From contig CAVPBI010000019.1 of assembly GCA_963701735.1 (NCBI GenBank), positions 948-64,947 of the forward strand: 64,000 nt of DNA, read 5' to 3'. The notes below the pieces were generated by a model. It was not told the DNA's origin. It saw only the letters and a list, made by a program, of their open reading frames with translations, and did no database searches. The first letter of the stretch is position 1. Every line of letters begins with the position of its first letter. The position numbers were made by a program, and so were the translations under genes. Shown here in pieces: positions 39,930 through 50,289 of this stretch. Origin of the DNA: an uncultured Ignavibacteria bacterium (GTDB lineage: Bacteria; Bacteroidota; Ignavibacteria; UBA10030; UBA6906).

Positions 39930-40914
39930 CGTCACCTTCGCGACTCCGTGGGCGCTCTACGGACTTCTGGTGATACCGCTGCTCGTGTTCTGGTACATCC
40001 GGCGGCACAGGGCATCACTCGGCACGCTCCGGTTTTCGTCGCTCACTCCGTTTGCGGCGCTGAAGCCGACGATGCGCGAGCGGCTGCGGCATCTCCCGTT
40101 CGTCCTCCGCATGGCGGGGCTCGCGCTGCTGATCGTCGCCCTCGCGCGGCCGCAGAGCGTGTCGGACGGAGAGAACATCTACACCGAAGGGATCGACATC
40201 GTCCTGGCGCTGGACATCTCCGGCAGCATGCTCGCGGAGGACTTCCAGCCGAATCGTATCGGTGCGGCGAAGGACGTTGCGCAGAAATTTGTGGACGCGC
40301 GGACGAACGACCGCATCGGCCTTGTCGTGTTCGCCGGGCAGAGCTTCACGCAGTGTCCGATGACGCTTGACTATCGCGTGCTGAAGAACCTGCTCCGCCA
40401 GATCAAGCCGGGAATGGTGGAAGACGGCACGGCGCTCGGTATGGGCATCGCCCAGGGCGTCAACCGTATCAAGGAGAGCACCGCAAAAAGCAAGGTGATG
40501 ATCCTGCTCACCGACGGCGTGAACAATCGAGGTGAGATCGATCCGCTCACGGCGGCCCAGCTGGCGCAGACGTTCGGCATCCGCATCTACACGATTGGAG
40601 TCGGGACGATCGGGGAGGCGCCGTATCCGGTACAGACTCCGTTCGGCATCCGCTATCAGAACGTGCCTGTGGATGTGGACGAAAAGTCACTCAAAGCGAT
40701 CGCCGACATGACCGGGGGGGAGTACTTCCGGGCCACGACCAATCGCGCCCTGGAGCGCATTTACGCCGACATCGACAAGCTGGAGAAGACCCGGATCGAG
40801 GTGCGCTCGTACCGATCCTATGCCGAGCTGTTCTACGGATGGGCGGGCTTTGCGCTGATGTTGCTGGTCCTCGAGGCGATCATCTCCCGCACGTATCTGA
40901 GGAAGCATCCCTGA
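39916..40914 (+). CDS. batA: BatA: vWA-domain aerotolerance protein.
   Basis: AAGGAGGG lies upstream of the ATG at 39916. N-terminal TM helices are followed by vWA MIDAS motifs (LALDISGSM, TDGVNN). Confidence 0.85.
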   Translation: MWGPNVTFATPWALYGLLVIPLLVFWYIRRHRASLGTLRFSSLTPFAALKPTMRERLRHLPFVLRMAGLALLIVALARPQSVSDGENIYTEGIDIVLALDISGSMLAEDFQPNRIGAAKDVAQKFVDARTNDRIGLVVFAGQSFTQCPMTLDYRVLKNLLRQIKPGMVEDGTALGMGIAQGVNRIKESTAKSKVMILLTDGVNNRGEIDPLTAAQLAQTFGIRIYTIGVGTIGEAPYPVQTPFGIRYQNVPVDVDEKSLKAIADMTGGEYFRATTNRALERIYADIDKLEKTRIEVRSYRSYAELFYGWAGFALMLLVLEAIISRTYLRKHP

Positions 40915-41966
40915 TGATACGCTTCGCTCAACCGGACACGCTCTATCTGCTGGCGATTCTCCCGGCCCTCGGCCTGCTGTTCTGGCTCAGCGCCAGGCTG
41001 CGCCGCGCAGCCATGGAACGCTTCGGCAGCCTCCCGCTCCTGGCCAGGCTCAGCGACGCCGCGGGGAACGGCAAGCGCATGGCAAAGGTCGTGCTGATCC
41101 TCCTCGCGGTCGGCATGGTCATCGTTGGCCTCGCCAATCCCCAGGTGGGGACGCGGATGGAGGAAGTGAAGCAGGAAGGGATCGACCTGTTCATTGCGCT
41201 CGACGTTTCGCTCAGCATGAAAGCGGAGGATGTCAAGCCCAACCGTCTCGAGAAGGCGCGACTGGAGCTGCATACGCTGATCGATCGGCTGGGCGGGGAC
41301 AGGATCGGACTGATCGTGTTCGCGGGGGACGCCTTCACGCAGTTTCCGCTCACGACGGACTACAGCGCCGCGAATCTCTTCCTTGATGCCATCGACGTCG
41401 ATGTCGTGCCGGTTCCGGGCACGAGCATCGCCGCGGCGATCGAACGCGCAATCGAGTCGTTCGATTTCGAGGAGCCGACGACGAAGGCTATCGCGATCAT
41501 CACCGACGGAGAGAACACCGAAGGCGATGCGTTCGAAGCCGCCAAGGAAGCGGCCGAGAAGGGGGTGCTGATCTATACGATCGGTCTCGGCTCGCCGGCG
41601 GGGGCGCCGATCCCGATGTACAGCGCGTCGGGGAGGCAGACCGATTTCAAGCGCGACAAAATGGGGAATGTGGTCGTCACGAAGCTGGACGAGATGGGTC
41701 TGGAGAAGCTTGCGACGATCGGCAACGGGAAGTTCTTCCGCGCGACGACGGGACAGGACGAGCTCGAGGAGATCTACAAATCGTTGAGTGTTCTCGAAAA
41801 GCGGGAATTCGGGACGAAGCGATTCACGGACTATGAGGATCGGTTCCAGTGGTTCCTGGGGGCCGCGCTCCTCCTGCTGATCGGCGAGCTGCTCTTATCG
41901 GAGCGCCGCTCGGCATGGATTGCCCGGTGGAATCCGCTGGCCCGGAAAGAGGAGGTGGCGGTATGA
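40914..41966 (+). CDS. batB: BatB: vWA-domain aerotolerance protein.
   Basis: The ATG at 40914 overlaps the batA stop. IALDVSLSM and TDGENTEGD are vWA motifs, and a C-terminal TM segment is present. Confidence 0.85.
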   Translation: MIRFAQPDTLYLLAILPALGLLFWLSARLRRAAMERFGSLPLLARLSDAAGNGKRMAKVVLILLAVGMVIVGLANPQVGTRMEEVKQEGIDLFIALDVSLSMKAEDVKPNRLEKARLELHTLIDRLGGDRIGLIVFAGDAFTQFPLTTDYSAANLFLDAIDVDVVPVPGTSIAAAIERAIESFDFEEPTTKAIAIITDGENTEGDAFEAAKEAAEKGVLIYTIGLGSPAGAPIPMYSASGRQTDFKRDKMGNVVVTKLDEMGLEKLATIGNGKFFRATTGQDELEEIYKSLSVLEKREFGTKRFTDYEDRFQWFLGAALLLLIGELLLSERRSAWIARWNPLARKEEVAV

Positions 41967-42787
41967 AGAGGAGCGTGCTGGAGCATCCCAGGGGCGGACA
42001 TGCGAGCCGGAGTGGGAGCGACGGGTTCGGTGAGGGAGGGGTTATCGTGAGGCGTGACGGCATGACCACACGCCACCTGGTCCCGTGTCTCGCGCTGGCA
42101 TTGGTGTGCGGATTCACCGCTGTACCCGCCTGGACCCAGTCCGTCCGCTCGCTCGTCCACAGCGGCAACGACGAGTACACGGAGGGCAAGTACACCGATG
42201 CGGAGGTGAACTACCGGAAGGCGCTCGAGAAGGAGGCGGAACTCGTCCAGGGCCACTTCAACCTCGGCAACGCGCTGCACAAGCAGGGGAAGCAGGAAGA
42301 GGCGGTGCGCCAGTATGAGCAGGCGATCAACCGGGCGGTGGACGCGGAAACGAAGGCGAACGGCTACTACAATGTCGGGAACTCGTTCCTCTCGCAGCAG
42401 AAATACCAGGAGGCGATCCAGTCCTATGTCGAGGGCCTGAAACTGAAGCCGGACGACGCCGACGCGAAGTACAATCTGTCCTATGCGCTGGATATGCTGA
42501 AGCAGCAGGAGCAGCAACAGAAACAGCAGCAGCAGAACAAGGACAAGAATCAGCAGAATCAGGACAACAAGAACCAGCAGCAGGACCAGCAACAACAGCA
42601 ACAGAAGCAGGATCAGCCGCCGCCGAAGCAACAGCCGCAGCCCCAGCCGTCCTCCCAGCAGCAGCGCCAGATGTCAAAGGAGCAGGCGGAGCGCATCCTG
42701 GACGTGCTGAAGAACAGCGAGCGCGACATCCAGAAGAAGCTGCGCGTTCGCCAGGCGGTCAGGCCCAAGGGGGACAAGGACTGGTAA
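41963..42787 (+). CDS. batC: BatC: TPR-repeat protein with a Q/N-rich low-complexity linker.
   Basis: The start overlaps the batB stop (ATGA). TPR motifs (GNALHKQGKQEEAVRQYEQAI, YNVGNSFLSQQKYQEAIQSY) are present. A Q-rich tract spans 42490-42680. Confidence 0.8.
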   Translation: MKRSVLEHPRGGHASRSGSDGFGEGGVIVRRDGMTTRHLVPCLALALVCGFTAVPAWTQSVRSLVHSGNDEYTEGKYTDAEVNYRKALEKEAELVQGHFNLGNALHKQGKQEEAVRQYEQAINRAVDAETKANGYYNVGNSFLSQQKYQEAIQSYVEGLKLKPDDADAKYNLSYALDMLKQQEQQQKQQQQNKDKNQQNQDNKNQQQDQQQQQQKQDQPPPKQQPQPQPSSQQQRQMSKEQAERILDVLKNSERDIQKKLRVRQAVRPKGDKDW

Positions 42788-42788
42788 G

Positions 42789-44624
42789 ATGAAACGTTTC
42801 CTCGTGTTCATAGTGATCCTCGCTGTCGCCCTCCCGGCGGTGGCGCAGGAGACGTCCTTCAAGGCGCAGGTTGACCGCGCGAGCGTTGGCATGGGCGAGC
42901 AATTCACGCTGACGCTCGTGCTCACGAATCCCGGCAGGGCGGGCGGACAGAACCTGCAGCTGCCGAACATGAGCAAGTTCTTTATTCTCTCCGGCCCGAA
43001 CCAGTCGAGCAGCGTCCAGATCATCAACGGCGCGATGTCGTCAACCGTCACCTACAGCTACGCCCTGCAGCCGCGGGAGGTTGGGAGGCACACGATCGGG
43101 GCGGCGACGATCGAGGTGGGGGGCACGGTTCTTCGGACGGAGCCTGTCGACATCGAAGTCGTCAAGGGAAGCGGCGCCGCCACGGCGGCAAAACAGCAGA
43201 ACACCTCCGGCGATCTCGGGAAGGAACTCGACGAGAACCTGTTCCTCCGCGCAAGCGTCGACCGCACGCAGGTGCTCCAGGGCGAGCAGGTGAACCTGAC
43301 GTTCAAGCTCTATACGCGTGTCTCGGTTGTGAATTACGCGGTCGAGAAGAATCCGTCGATGACGGGATTCTGGGCGGAAGACGTGGAGGTCCCCAAGAAC
43401 GTCCAGCTGACGACGGAAACCATCAACGGAAAGCAGTACCGTGTGGGAGTCATCAAGCGCCAGGCGCTGTTCCCGACGCAGTCCGGCACGCTCCGCATCT
43501 CCCCGATGGAGCTCCAGGCGACGGTGCAGGTACAGTCACGCTCGGCCGATCCATTCGATGCCTTCTTCCGGGATCCGTTCGGGCGGAACGTCAACCACAC
43601 AATCCGCAGCAATACCGTCTCCATCAACGTGGAGCCCCTGCCGGCCGACAGTCCGCCGGAGTTCCGCGGGGCCGTGGGGCAGTTCGCGATGAGCGCCACG
43701 GTGGACAAGCGCACCACGCGCGCGAACGAGCCGGTATCACTCAAAATCACGATCTCGGGGACGGGGAACATCAAGCTGCTCGAGTCGCCCGTTCCAGAGA
43801 TCCCGCCGGATTTCGAACAGTACCCCCCGAAGGTCACGGACATGATCAACCGGGGGCAGTCGCGCATTACCGGCAGCAAAACGTTCGAGTACCTGTTGCT
43901 GCCGCGGTATCCCGGACTGAAGGTGATCAAGCCGCTGACGTTCGTCTATTTCGACCCCGTGAAAAGGGAGTTCACGCGCCTCCGTTCTCCGCAGATCGAA
44001 CTGAACGTGGAGCAAGGCAGTGCCTCGTCGACCCCGCTGATCACCGGCCTGCCGCGCGAGGACGTACAGGTGCTCAGCGAGGACATACGGTTCATCAAGG
44101 TGAGTTCGAGCTCTCTGGCGCGGAGGGGGGAGTCGTTGCACACGTCGCCGGCCTTCATCGTGCTCGTTCTGCTGCCGCTGCTTGGACTCGCGGGGGCGGT
44201 TGTGTACACGCGCCAGCGGCAGGTGGCGATGGCTGACGCCGTCGGGTACCGGACCAGACGCGCGATCAAGGTCGCGCAGCGGGGTCTGCACGAGGCGGAA
44301 TATCTCCTGAAAGAGAAGTCGGGGGCCAAGGGCGAGCCCGCCTCAAACCAACGGCTCAGATTCTATGCGGAAGTCTCCCGCGCGCTTTCAAAGTACCTCG
44401 GAGACAAGCTGGGTATCTCGCAGGCGGAGATGTCGGTGGACGTGCTTGCCGAGACGCTCCGGAAGCGCCGCGTGGATCCCGGACTTATCCATGCGGTCAA
44501 GGCATCGCAGGAATCGTGCGACATGGCGCGGTTTGCGCCGACGAGCCTGGAGCTGCCCGCCATGCAGAAGACGTACGACGAAGCGCGGCGGATTATCGTT
44601 GAACTCGAACGGACGCTCAAGTGA
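42789..44624 (+). CDS. batD: BatD: oxygen-tolerance protein.
   Basis: Signal peptide MKRFLVFIVILAVALPAVAQ. It is large and periplasmic with a C-terminal TM segment, in the conserved position after batC. Confidence 0.8.
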   Translation: MKRFLVFIVILAVALPAVAQETSFKAQVDRASVGMGEQFTLTLVLTNPGRAGGQNLQLPNMSKFFILSGPNQSSSVQIINGAMSSTVTYSYALQPREVGRHTIGAATIEVGGTVLRTEPVDIEVVKGSGAATAAKQQNTSGDLGKELDENLFLRASVDRTQVLQGEQVNLTFKLYTRVSVVNYAVEKNPSMTGFWAEDVEVPKNVQLTTETINGKQYRVGVIKRQALFPTQSGTLRISPMELQATVQVQSRSADPFDAFFRDPFGRNVNHTIRSNTVSINVEPLPADSPPEFRGAVGQFAMSATVDKRTTRANEPVSLKITISGTGNIKLLESPVPEIPPDFEQYPPKVTDMINRGQSRITGSKTFEYLLLPRYPGLKVIKPLTFVYFDPVKREFTRLRSPQIELNVEQGSASSTPLITGLPREDVQVLSEDIRFIKVSSSSLARRGESLHTSPAFIVLVLLPLLGLAGAVVYTRQRQVAMADAVGYRTRRAIKVAQRGLHEAEYLLKEKSGAKGEPASNQRLRFYAEVSRALSKYLGDKLGISQAEMSVDVLAETLRKRRVDPGLIHAVKASQESCDMARFAPTSLELPAMQKTYDEARRIIVELERTLK

Positions 44625-45379
44625 CCACTCTCCGCACGCTCATTCTGCTGCTTCTGGTTTCCGCGGGAACTGTGTTCGCGCAGAATCCCGAGCAGGTGTT
44701 TCAGCAGGGGAACATGCTCTACCAGCAGGGGAGTCTCGACGAGGCGCGCAAGGCCTACGAGACGCTCCTCGGGCAGGGATACGTCAGCGGTGAGCTGTAC
44801 TACAACCTCGGGAATGTCTACTACCGGACCGGGAGCATCGCCCGGGGCATTTTGTTTTACGAGCGCGCCGCGCGGCTGATCCCGCAGGATGAAGACCTCC
44901 AGCACAACCTCACGCTCGCGAATCTCCGCATTACCGACCGCATCGAACCGACGCCGAGGCTGTTCATCTGGGGTTGGTGGGAAGGGTTGAAGAATGCCCT
45001 CTCGCTCCAGGGCCTGACGTGGCTCACGTTCACCGCATATCTCATCCTGATCGCATCTGGCGCGCTGCTCCTGCTGGGAGGGAGCTATACGGTGCGGCGC
45101 ATCGGTCTGATCGGCTCGGCGGTGACGGGCGCTGTGTTCCTGCTCCTGCTGGCCGTGTTCATCGGCAGGCTGGCGGATCTCGGCGCGACAGATGAGGCGA
45201 TCATGATGGCCTCGGTTGCGACCGTGAAGAACTCCCCCGACCCGAAGAGTTCGGATGCGTTCGTCCTGCACAGCGGCGTGAAGCTCTGGGTGGTCGACCG
45301 CGTGAGCGAGTGGGTGAAGATCCGGCTGGCGGACGGAAAGCAGGGGTGGGTGGAGCGGAGTTCGATTGAGGTGATCTAG
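44621..45379 (+). CDS. batE: BatE: TPR plus SH3b-domain protein.
   Basis: An N-terminal TPR region (YYNLGNVYYRTGSIARGILFYERAARL) and a C-terminal SH3-like region (WVKIRLADGKQGWVERSSIEVI). Confidence 0.8.
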   Translation: MTTLRTLILLLLVSAGTVFAQNPEQVFQQGNMLYQQGSLDEARKAYETLLGQGYVSGELYYNLGNVYYRTGSIARGILFYERAARLIPQDEDLQHNLTLANLRITDRIEPTPRLFIWGWWEGLKNALSLQGLTWLTFTAYLILIASGALLLLGGSYTVRRIGLIGSAVTGAVFLLLLAVFIGRLADLGATDEAIMMASVATVKNSPDPKSSDAFVLHSGVKLWVVDRVSEWVKIRLADGKQGWVERSSIEVI

Positions 45380-45410
45380 GGGATCTGCGGGCTCACGTCA
45401 CCCGCGACGG

Positions 45411-46134
45411 CTATCGCCGTCTGATCCACGACTCTCTGCCATATCGTTGCTCGATGAGCTGTTTCATCCTTGCTTCCCCCGGTGGCGTTGCGGGTTCCCC
45501 TGCATTCCACACCTCGCACAACTTCTCCTTCAGCGTTGTCCCATCGATGCGCAGATTGCGCATGAACGCCGAGTGACCACGTCCTTCACGGTAGTGAGGC
45601 CTCCGATCTGGAAGCGGCAGCACATCCTCGACGATCGAAAAATCCAATCCGAGCAGAAGCGTCCCGTGAACCAGGACGGCGCGTCCTCGCCGCCGTTGCG
45701 CGTTTCCTGAAATCTTCCGGCCAGCGATCGTGAGGTCGCTGTCGCCTTCAAGCTGAACGACTTCTCCAGTGAGCGACGCGATCGCTCCCGCAAGTCTCCC
45801 GAGCGACAAACCTGTGCGCGCCGCGGACCGACGAAGCGTCGTGATCGGCTCCCGGACGGATCACGACAGCGTAGTTCAGCACTCCGGGCCCCTGCACGAC
45901 CGTGCCGCCCCCGCTGACACGCCTGAGCACCGGAATTCCTCTCGCCGCACAGTTCTCCTCGCGCACCTCCTTCCGGAGCTCCCCGGAAAGTCCCAGCACG
46001 ACGAAATGCCCCGGACTCTCCCAGCATCGGAGGGTCTCCGCGCCGGACCCCTCCTCGCATTGGTCGAGCATCGCCTCGTCACAGGCCAGGTTTTCGGCTG
46101 CAGACGGGTATGTGAGGTCAAGAAACCGCACCAA
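45411..46134 (-). CDS. lipB: Octanoyltransferase / lipoate-protein ligase (LipB/LplA family). A frameshift near 45855-45870 splits it into two ORFs.
   Basis: The upstream ORF carries RRVSGGGTVVQGPGVLNYAVVI. In the other frame the sequence continues SVREPITTL...GRKISGNAQRRRGRAVLVHGTLLL, which is colinear with E. coli LipB (...GVRELVTLL...[23 protein letters not shown]). Confidence 0.75.
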
Positions 46135-46160
46135 AGGGCCTATTTGATAAGGACGGGCGA

Positions 46161-48920
46161 ATGATGTACATTATGCTTCTTCGCTCAAGATACCCCGAAT
46201 TTCCTCAATTTCGGACAGGTTTTCGCATCGTGGCGACGGAAAATACACAACAACCGAACGTGACGCAAGGCGGGGCGGACGGCGACCAGTGGCTCGAAGC
46301 CCTCGAGTTCGTCATCAGGTCCGTCCTGAAGGACAAGTCTCCCGAATCCGTTCCGGGTCTTCTGGAGAAGCTCGGCCAGGAGCTGCGTGCCTCTGGCATC
46401 CCCGTTCCGCGGGCGGTCACGACCCCGTACGTCAATACGCTCGGCCCGAAGAACGAGCCGCCGTATCCCGGAGACCGGGAGATCGAGCGGCGGATCAAGA
46501 GCATCATCCGCTGGAACGCGATGGCCATGGTCGTGAAGGCCAACCGGCTGCACGGCGGCGTGGGCGGACACATCTCCACGTACGCTTCGGCGGCGACGCT
46601 GTATGAGGTGGCATTCAACCACTTCTTCCGCGGCGGCGACGGTGATCGCTCGGCGGACATGATCTACTTCCAGGGGCACGCCTCGCCCGGCATCTATGCG
46701 CGCGCGTATCTCGAAGGGCGGATCTCCGAATCGCAGCTCCACGCGTTCAGACGGGAGCTCGCCGACGGGGGAGGGCTGTCGTCGTATCCCCATCCGTACC
46801 TGATGCCGTCCTTCTGGCAGTTCCCCACCGTCTCGATGGGCCTCGGTCCGCTGATGTCGATCTACCAGGCTCGCTTCAACAGATATCTCTCCGCCCGCGG
46901 CTTCATCGCCGGCGAGGAGCCGAAGGTCTGGGCGTTCCTGGGTGACGGCGAAATGGACGAGCCCGAATCGCTCGGATCGATCACGCTTGCATCGCGCGAA
47001 TCGCTCGACAATCTGATCTGGGTCGTCAACTGCAACCTGCAGCGGCTTGACGGACCGGTGCGCGGCAACGGCAAGATCATCCAGGAGCTGGAAGCGGCAT
47101 TCCGCGGCGCCGGATGGAACGTCATCAAGGTGATCTGGAGCTCTGACTGGGATCCGCTCTTCGCAATGGACGAGAAGGGGCTGCTGCTCAAGCGGATGTC
47201 CGAAGCGGTGGATGGAGATTTCCAGAAGTACTCGGTCGAGCCGGGGAGCTATACGCGGAAGCACTTCTTCGGCAAGTATCCCGAGCTGCTGCCGCTGGCG
47301 AACACGCTGACGGACGAGCAGATCCGGAAGATGCGCCGGGGCGGACACGATCCCCGGAAGGTGTACGCCGCATACAAGGCGGCAGTGGAGCATAAGGGTG
47401 CGCCGACCGTCATTCTCGCGAAGACGGTCAAGGGGTACGGCCTCGGCGAAGCCGGCGAAGGCCGGAACGTCACGCACCAGCAGAAGAAGCTGAACGAGAA
47501 GGAGCTCCGCGAATTCCGTGCCCGGTTCGGGATCCCGATCAGCGACGAGGAGATCGCGGACACGCCGTTCTACAAGCCGGCTTCCGACAGCGAAGAGATG
47601 AAGTATCTGCTCGAGCGCCGGAAGGCGTTGGGAGGATTTGTTCCCCAGCGGCGCACCGAGTATCAGATGCTGCAGACGCCCCCGCTGACGGCCTTCGCCG
47701 AGTTCTTCAAGGGCTCCGAACGGTTTGAGGTCTCCACGACGATGGCGCTCGTGAGGATGCTCGGAGCGCTCCTGCGCAACAAGGAGATCGGCCGCCGCAT
47801 CGTCCCCATTATCCCGGACGAGGCCCGGACGTTCGGCATGGACCCCCTGTTCCGCGAGGTCGGCATCTATTCCCCGAAAGGACAGCTCTACGAGCCGGTT
47901 GATGCCGAGTCGCTGCTGTACTATCATGAGGCGAAGGACGGACAGATTCTCGAAGAGGGGATCACCGAGGCAGGATCGATGTCGTCCTTCATCGCGGCCG
48001 GGACCGCATATGCGACGCACAACCAGCCGATGATCCCGTTCTATGTGTACTACTCGATGTTCGGGTTCCAGCGGATCGGGGATCTGGTGTGGGCCGCGGC
48101 GGATATGAAGGTGCGCGGGTTCCTGTGCGGAGCGACCGCCGGACGCACCACGCTGAACGGCGAAGGGCTCCAGCACGAGGATGGACACAGCCACGTGCTG
48201 GCGAGCACCGTCCCGACGCTGATGACCTACGATCCTGCATTCGCCTACGAAATCGCGGTCATCGTGCAGAACGGCCTCGAGCGCATGTATGCGAAGGGCG
48301 AGGATATCTTCTACTATCTGACGCTCTACAACGAAAACTATGCGATGCCCGCGATGCCCGAGGGAGCCCAGGAGGGCATCCTGAAGGGGATGTACAGGTT
48401 CCGCAGGGGACCGGCCGACCGGAAGCTGAAAGTGCAGCTCTTCGGGAGCGGCCCGATCCTGCGCGAGGTCCTCCGTGCGCAGGAGATCCTCGAGACGCGG
48501 TACGGCGTCGCGGCCGACGTCTGGAGCGTCACCAGCTACAAACAGCTCCGCAGCGATGCGCTGAGCGTGCGCCGGTGGAACATGCTGCATCCGACCGAAG
48601 CGCCCCGTCAATCGTACGTCGAAACGATTCTCGAGAATGAAGAGGGCCCGTTCGTCGCGGCCTCGGACTATATGAAGATCGTTCCCGACCAGATCGCCCC
48701 GTGGGTGCCGGGCGGCCTGATGACCCTGGGCACAGACGGGTTCGGTCGCAGCGACACGCGGCCCGCGTTGCGGCGGTTCTTCGAGGTGGACGCGGAGTGC
48801 ATTACGGTTGCCGCGCTGTCTGCGCTTGCGGAAGAGGGGAAGATCAAGTCGGAGGCGGTCGCGCGCGCAATCCAGGACCTCCACATCGATCCCGAGAAAG
48901 CGTTTCCGTTGACGGTTTGA
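46161..48920 (+). CDS. aceE: Pyruvate dehydrogenase E1 component (homodimeric AceE type).
   Basis: The first 120 residues are colinear with E. coli AceE (DQWLEALEFVIRSV..., RRIKSIIRWNAMAMVV). Length is about 900 aa. A GTG at 46230 is an alternative start. Confidence 0.9.
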   Translation: MMYIMLLRSRYPEFPQFRTGFRIVATENTQQPNVTQGGADGDQWLEALEFVIRSVLKDKSPESVPGLLEKLGQELRASGIPVPRAVTTPYVNTLGPKNEPPYPGDREIERRIKSIIRWNAMAMVVKANRLHGGVGGHISTYASAATLYEVAFNHFFRGGDGDRSADMIYFQGHASPGIYARAYLEGRISESQLHAFRRELADGGGLSSYPHPYLMPSFWQFPTVSMGLGPLMSIYQARFNRYLSARGFIAGEEPKVWAFLGDGEMDEPESLGSITLASRESLDNLIWVVNCNLQRLDGPVRGNGKIIQELEAAFRGAGWNVIKVIWSSDWDPLFAMDEKGLLLKRMSEAVDGDFQKYSVEPGSYTRKHFFGKYPELLPLANTLTDEQIRKMRRGGHDPRKVYAAYKAAVEHKGAPTVILAKTVKGYGLGEAGEGRNVTHQQKKLNEKELREFRARFGIPISDEEIADTPFYKPASDSEEMKYLLERRKALGGFVPQRRTEYQMLQTPPLTAFAEFFKGSERFEVSTTMALVRMLGALLRNKEIGRRIVPIIPDEARTFGMDPLFREVGIYSPKGQLYEPVDAESLLYYHEAKDGQILEEGITEAGSMSSFIAAGTAYATHNQPMIPFYVYYSMFGFQRIGDLVWAAADMKVRGFLCGATAGRTTLNGEGLQHEDGHSHVLASTVPTLMTYDPAFAYEIAVIVQNGLERMYAKGEDIFYYLTLYNENYAMPAMPEGAQEGILKGMYRFRRGPADRKLKVQLFGSGPILREVLRAQEILETRYGVAADVWSVTSYKQLRSDALSVRRWNMLHPTEAPRQSYVETILENEEGPFVAASDYMKIVPDQIAPWVPGGLMTLGTDGFGRSDTRPALRRFFEVDAECITVAALSALAEEGKIKSEAVARAIQDLHIDPEKAFPLTV

Positions 48921-48950
48921 CCTCCGAAGGAGGAGCGAAGGAGAGAACAC

Positions 48951-50271
48951 ATGGACGTACGGCTTCCGCGGCTCGGTGAGGGCGCGGACTCAGGAATGGT
49001 TGCCAGCCTGCTCGTCAAGGCGGGCGACACGGTGGCGAAGGATCAGCCGATCCTCGAGCTTGAGAGCGAGAAGGCGGTCGCGACGATTCCGTCGCCCGAG
49101 GCCGGGACGGTCTCGGCCCTGCACGTGAAGGAAGGCGACACGATCAAGGTGGGGCAGTTGATCCTCACGCTGGGCGGGGGAGCTGCCGGGACCGCACCGG
49201 TACCCGTGCCGTCGAAGATCATCGATGTCTCTGTCGGGGACGAGGAAGAAGAGCGGCCCGCCGGGATGGCACCGCGCGCGCCCTGTGCCGGAGGGTTGGG
49301 AGGACGTTGGGCCGGAACCCGAGCCTCTGCCCGAGGGAATTCCTCCGCCTGCGGCTCCCACAATTCGCAGGGTCGCCCGGGAACTGGGAATCGACCTCTC
49401 CCGCGTCCGGGGAAGCGAGCGCGGTGGCAGGATCGTCATGGCCGACCTGCGCAGGTACATTCAGCGTTTGCAGCAGCAGCCCGCCGGGACGCGGCCCGCA
49501 GCTCCTTCATCACCGGCGCCTGCTCCGAAACCCGCGCCTGCGTCGATCGATTTCTCGAAGTGGGGACCCGTCGAAAAGACGAAGCTGACGAACCTCCGGA
49601 CCCTTATCAGCTCGAAGATGTCGGAGTCATGGACGACCGTCCCGCACGTCACGCAGTTCGACGAGGCCGACATCACCGGCATCCTGGAGATGAAGAAGAA
49701 GTACGACCCCGCCTATGAGAAGAAGGGCGGGAAGCTGACGCTTACGGCGTTCGCGCTGAAGGCCGTCGCGGGCGTTCTGCAGAAGCATCCGATGTTCAAC
49801 GCGAGCATCGACCTCGCGGCCGGAGAGCTTGTGCAGAAGCGCTACTATCACGTTGGGATCGCAGTGGACACGGAGCAGGGGCTCATCGTCCCGGTCCTGA
49901 GAGACGTGGACAAGAAGCCGATGCTGCAGCTGGCGACCGAGCTGAACTCGCTCGCCGAGAGGACGCGCGCCCGGAAGGTTGCACTGGAGGAGATGCAGGG
50001 TGCGTCCTTCACAATTTCCAACCAGGGTGGTATCGGCAGCGGGCACTTCACGCCGATCGTGAACGTGCCGGAGGTAGCGATCCTCGGCATGGGGCGCGGC
50101 GTCCTCAAGCCGGTCGTGCGGGGCGGCAAGGCGGCGAATCGCATGATGCTGCCGCTGTCACTCTCGTACGACCACCGGATGCTCGATGGCGCCAACGCGG
50201 CGCGCTTCATGGTGGACCTGGTGGCGGCGTTCGAGGGGTTCGACGAAGCGCAGCTGAAGCAAGGAATGTGA
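48951..50271 (+). CDS. aceF: Dihydrolipoamide acetyltransferase E2. A frameshift in a GC-rich linker near 49270-49285 separates the lipoyl domain from the PSBD and catalytic domains.
   Basis: Lipoyl domain ...ELESEKAVATIPSPEAGTV... in frame 0. The PSBD TIRRVARELGIDLSRVRGSERGGRIV and the catalytic motif DHRMLDGANAARF are in frame 1 (49225..50271). Confidence 0.8.
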
Positions 50272-50289
50272 CGACAGGAGAATGACAGG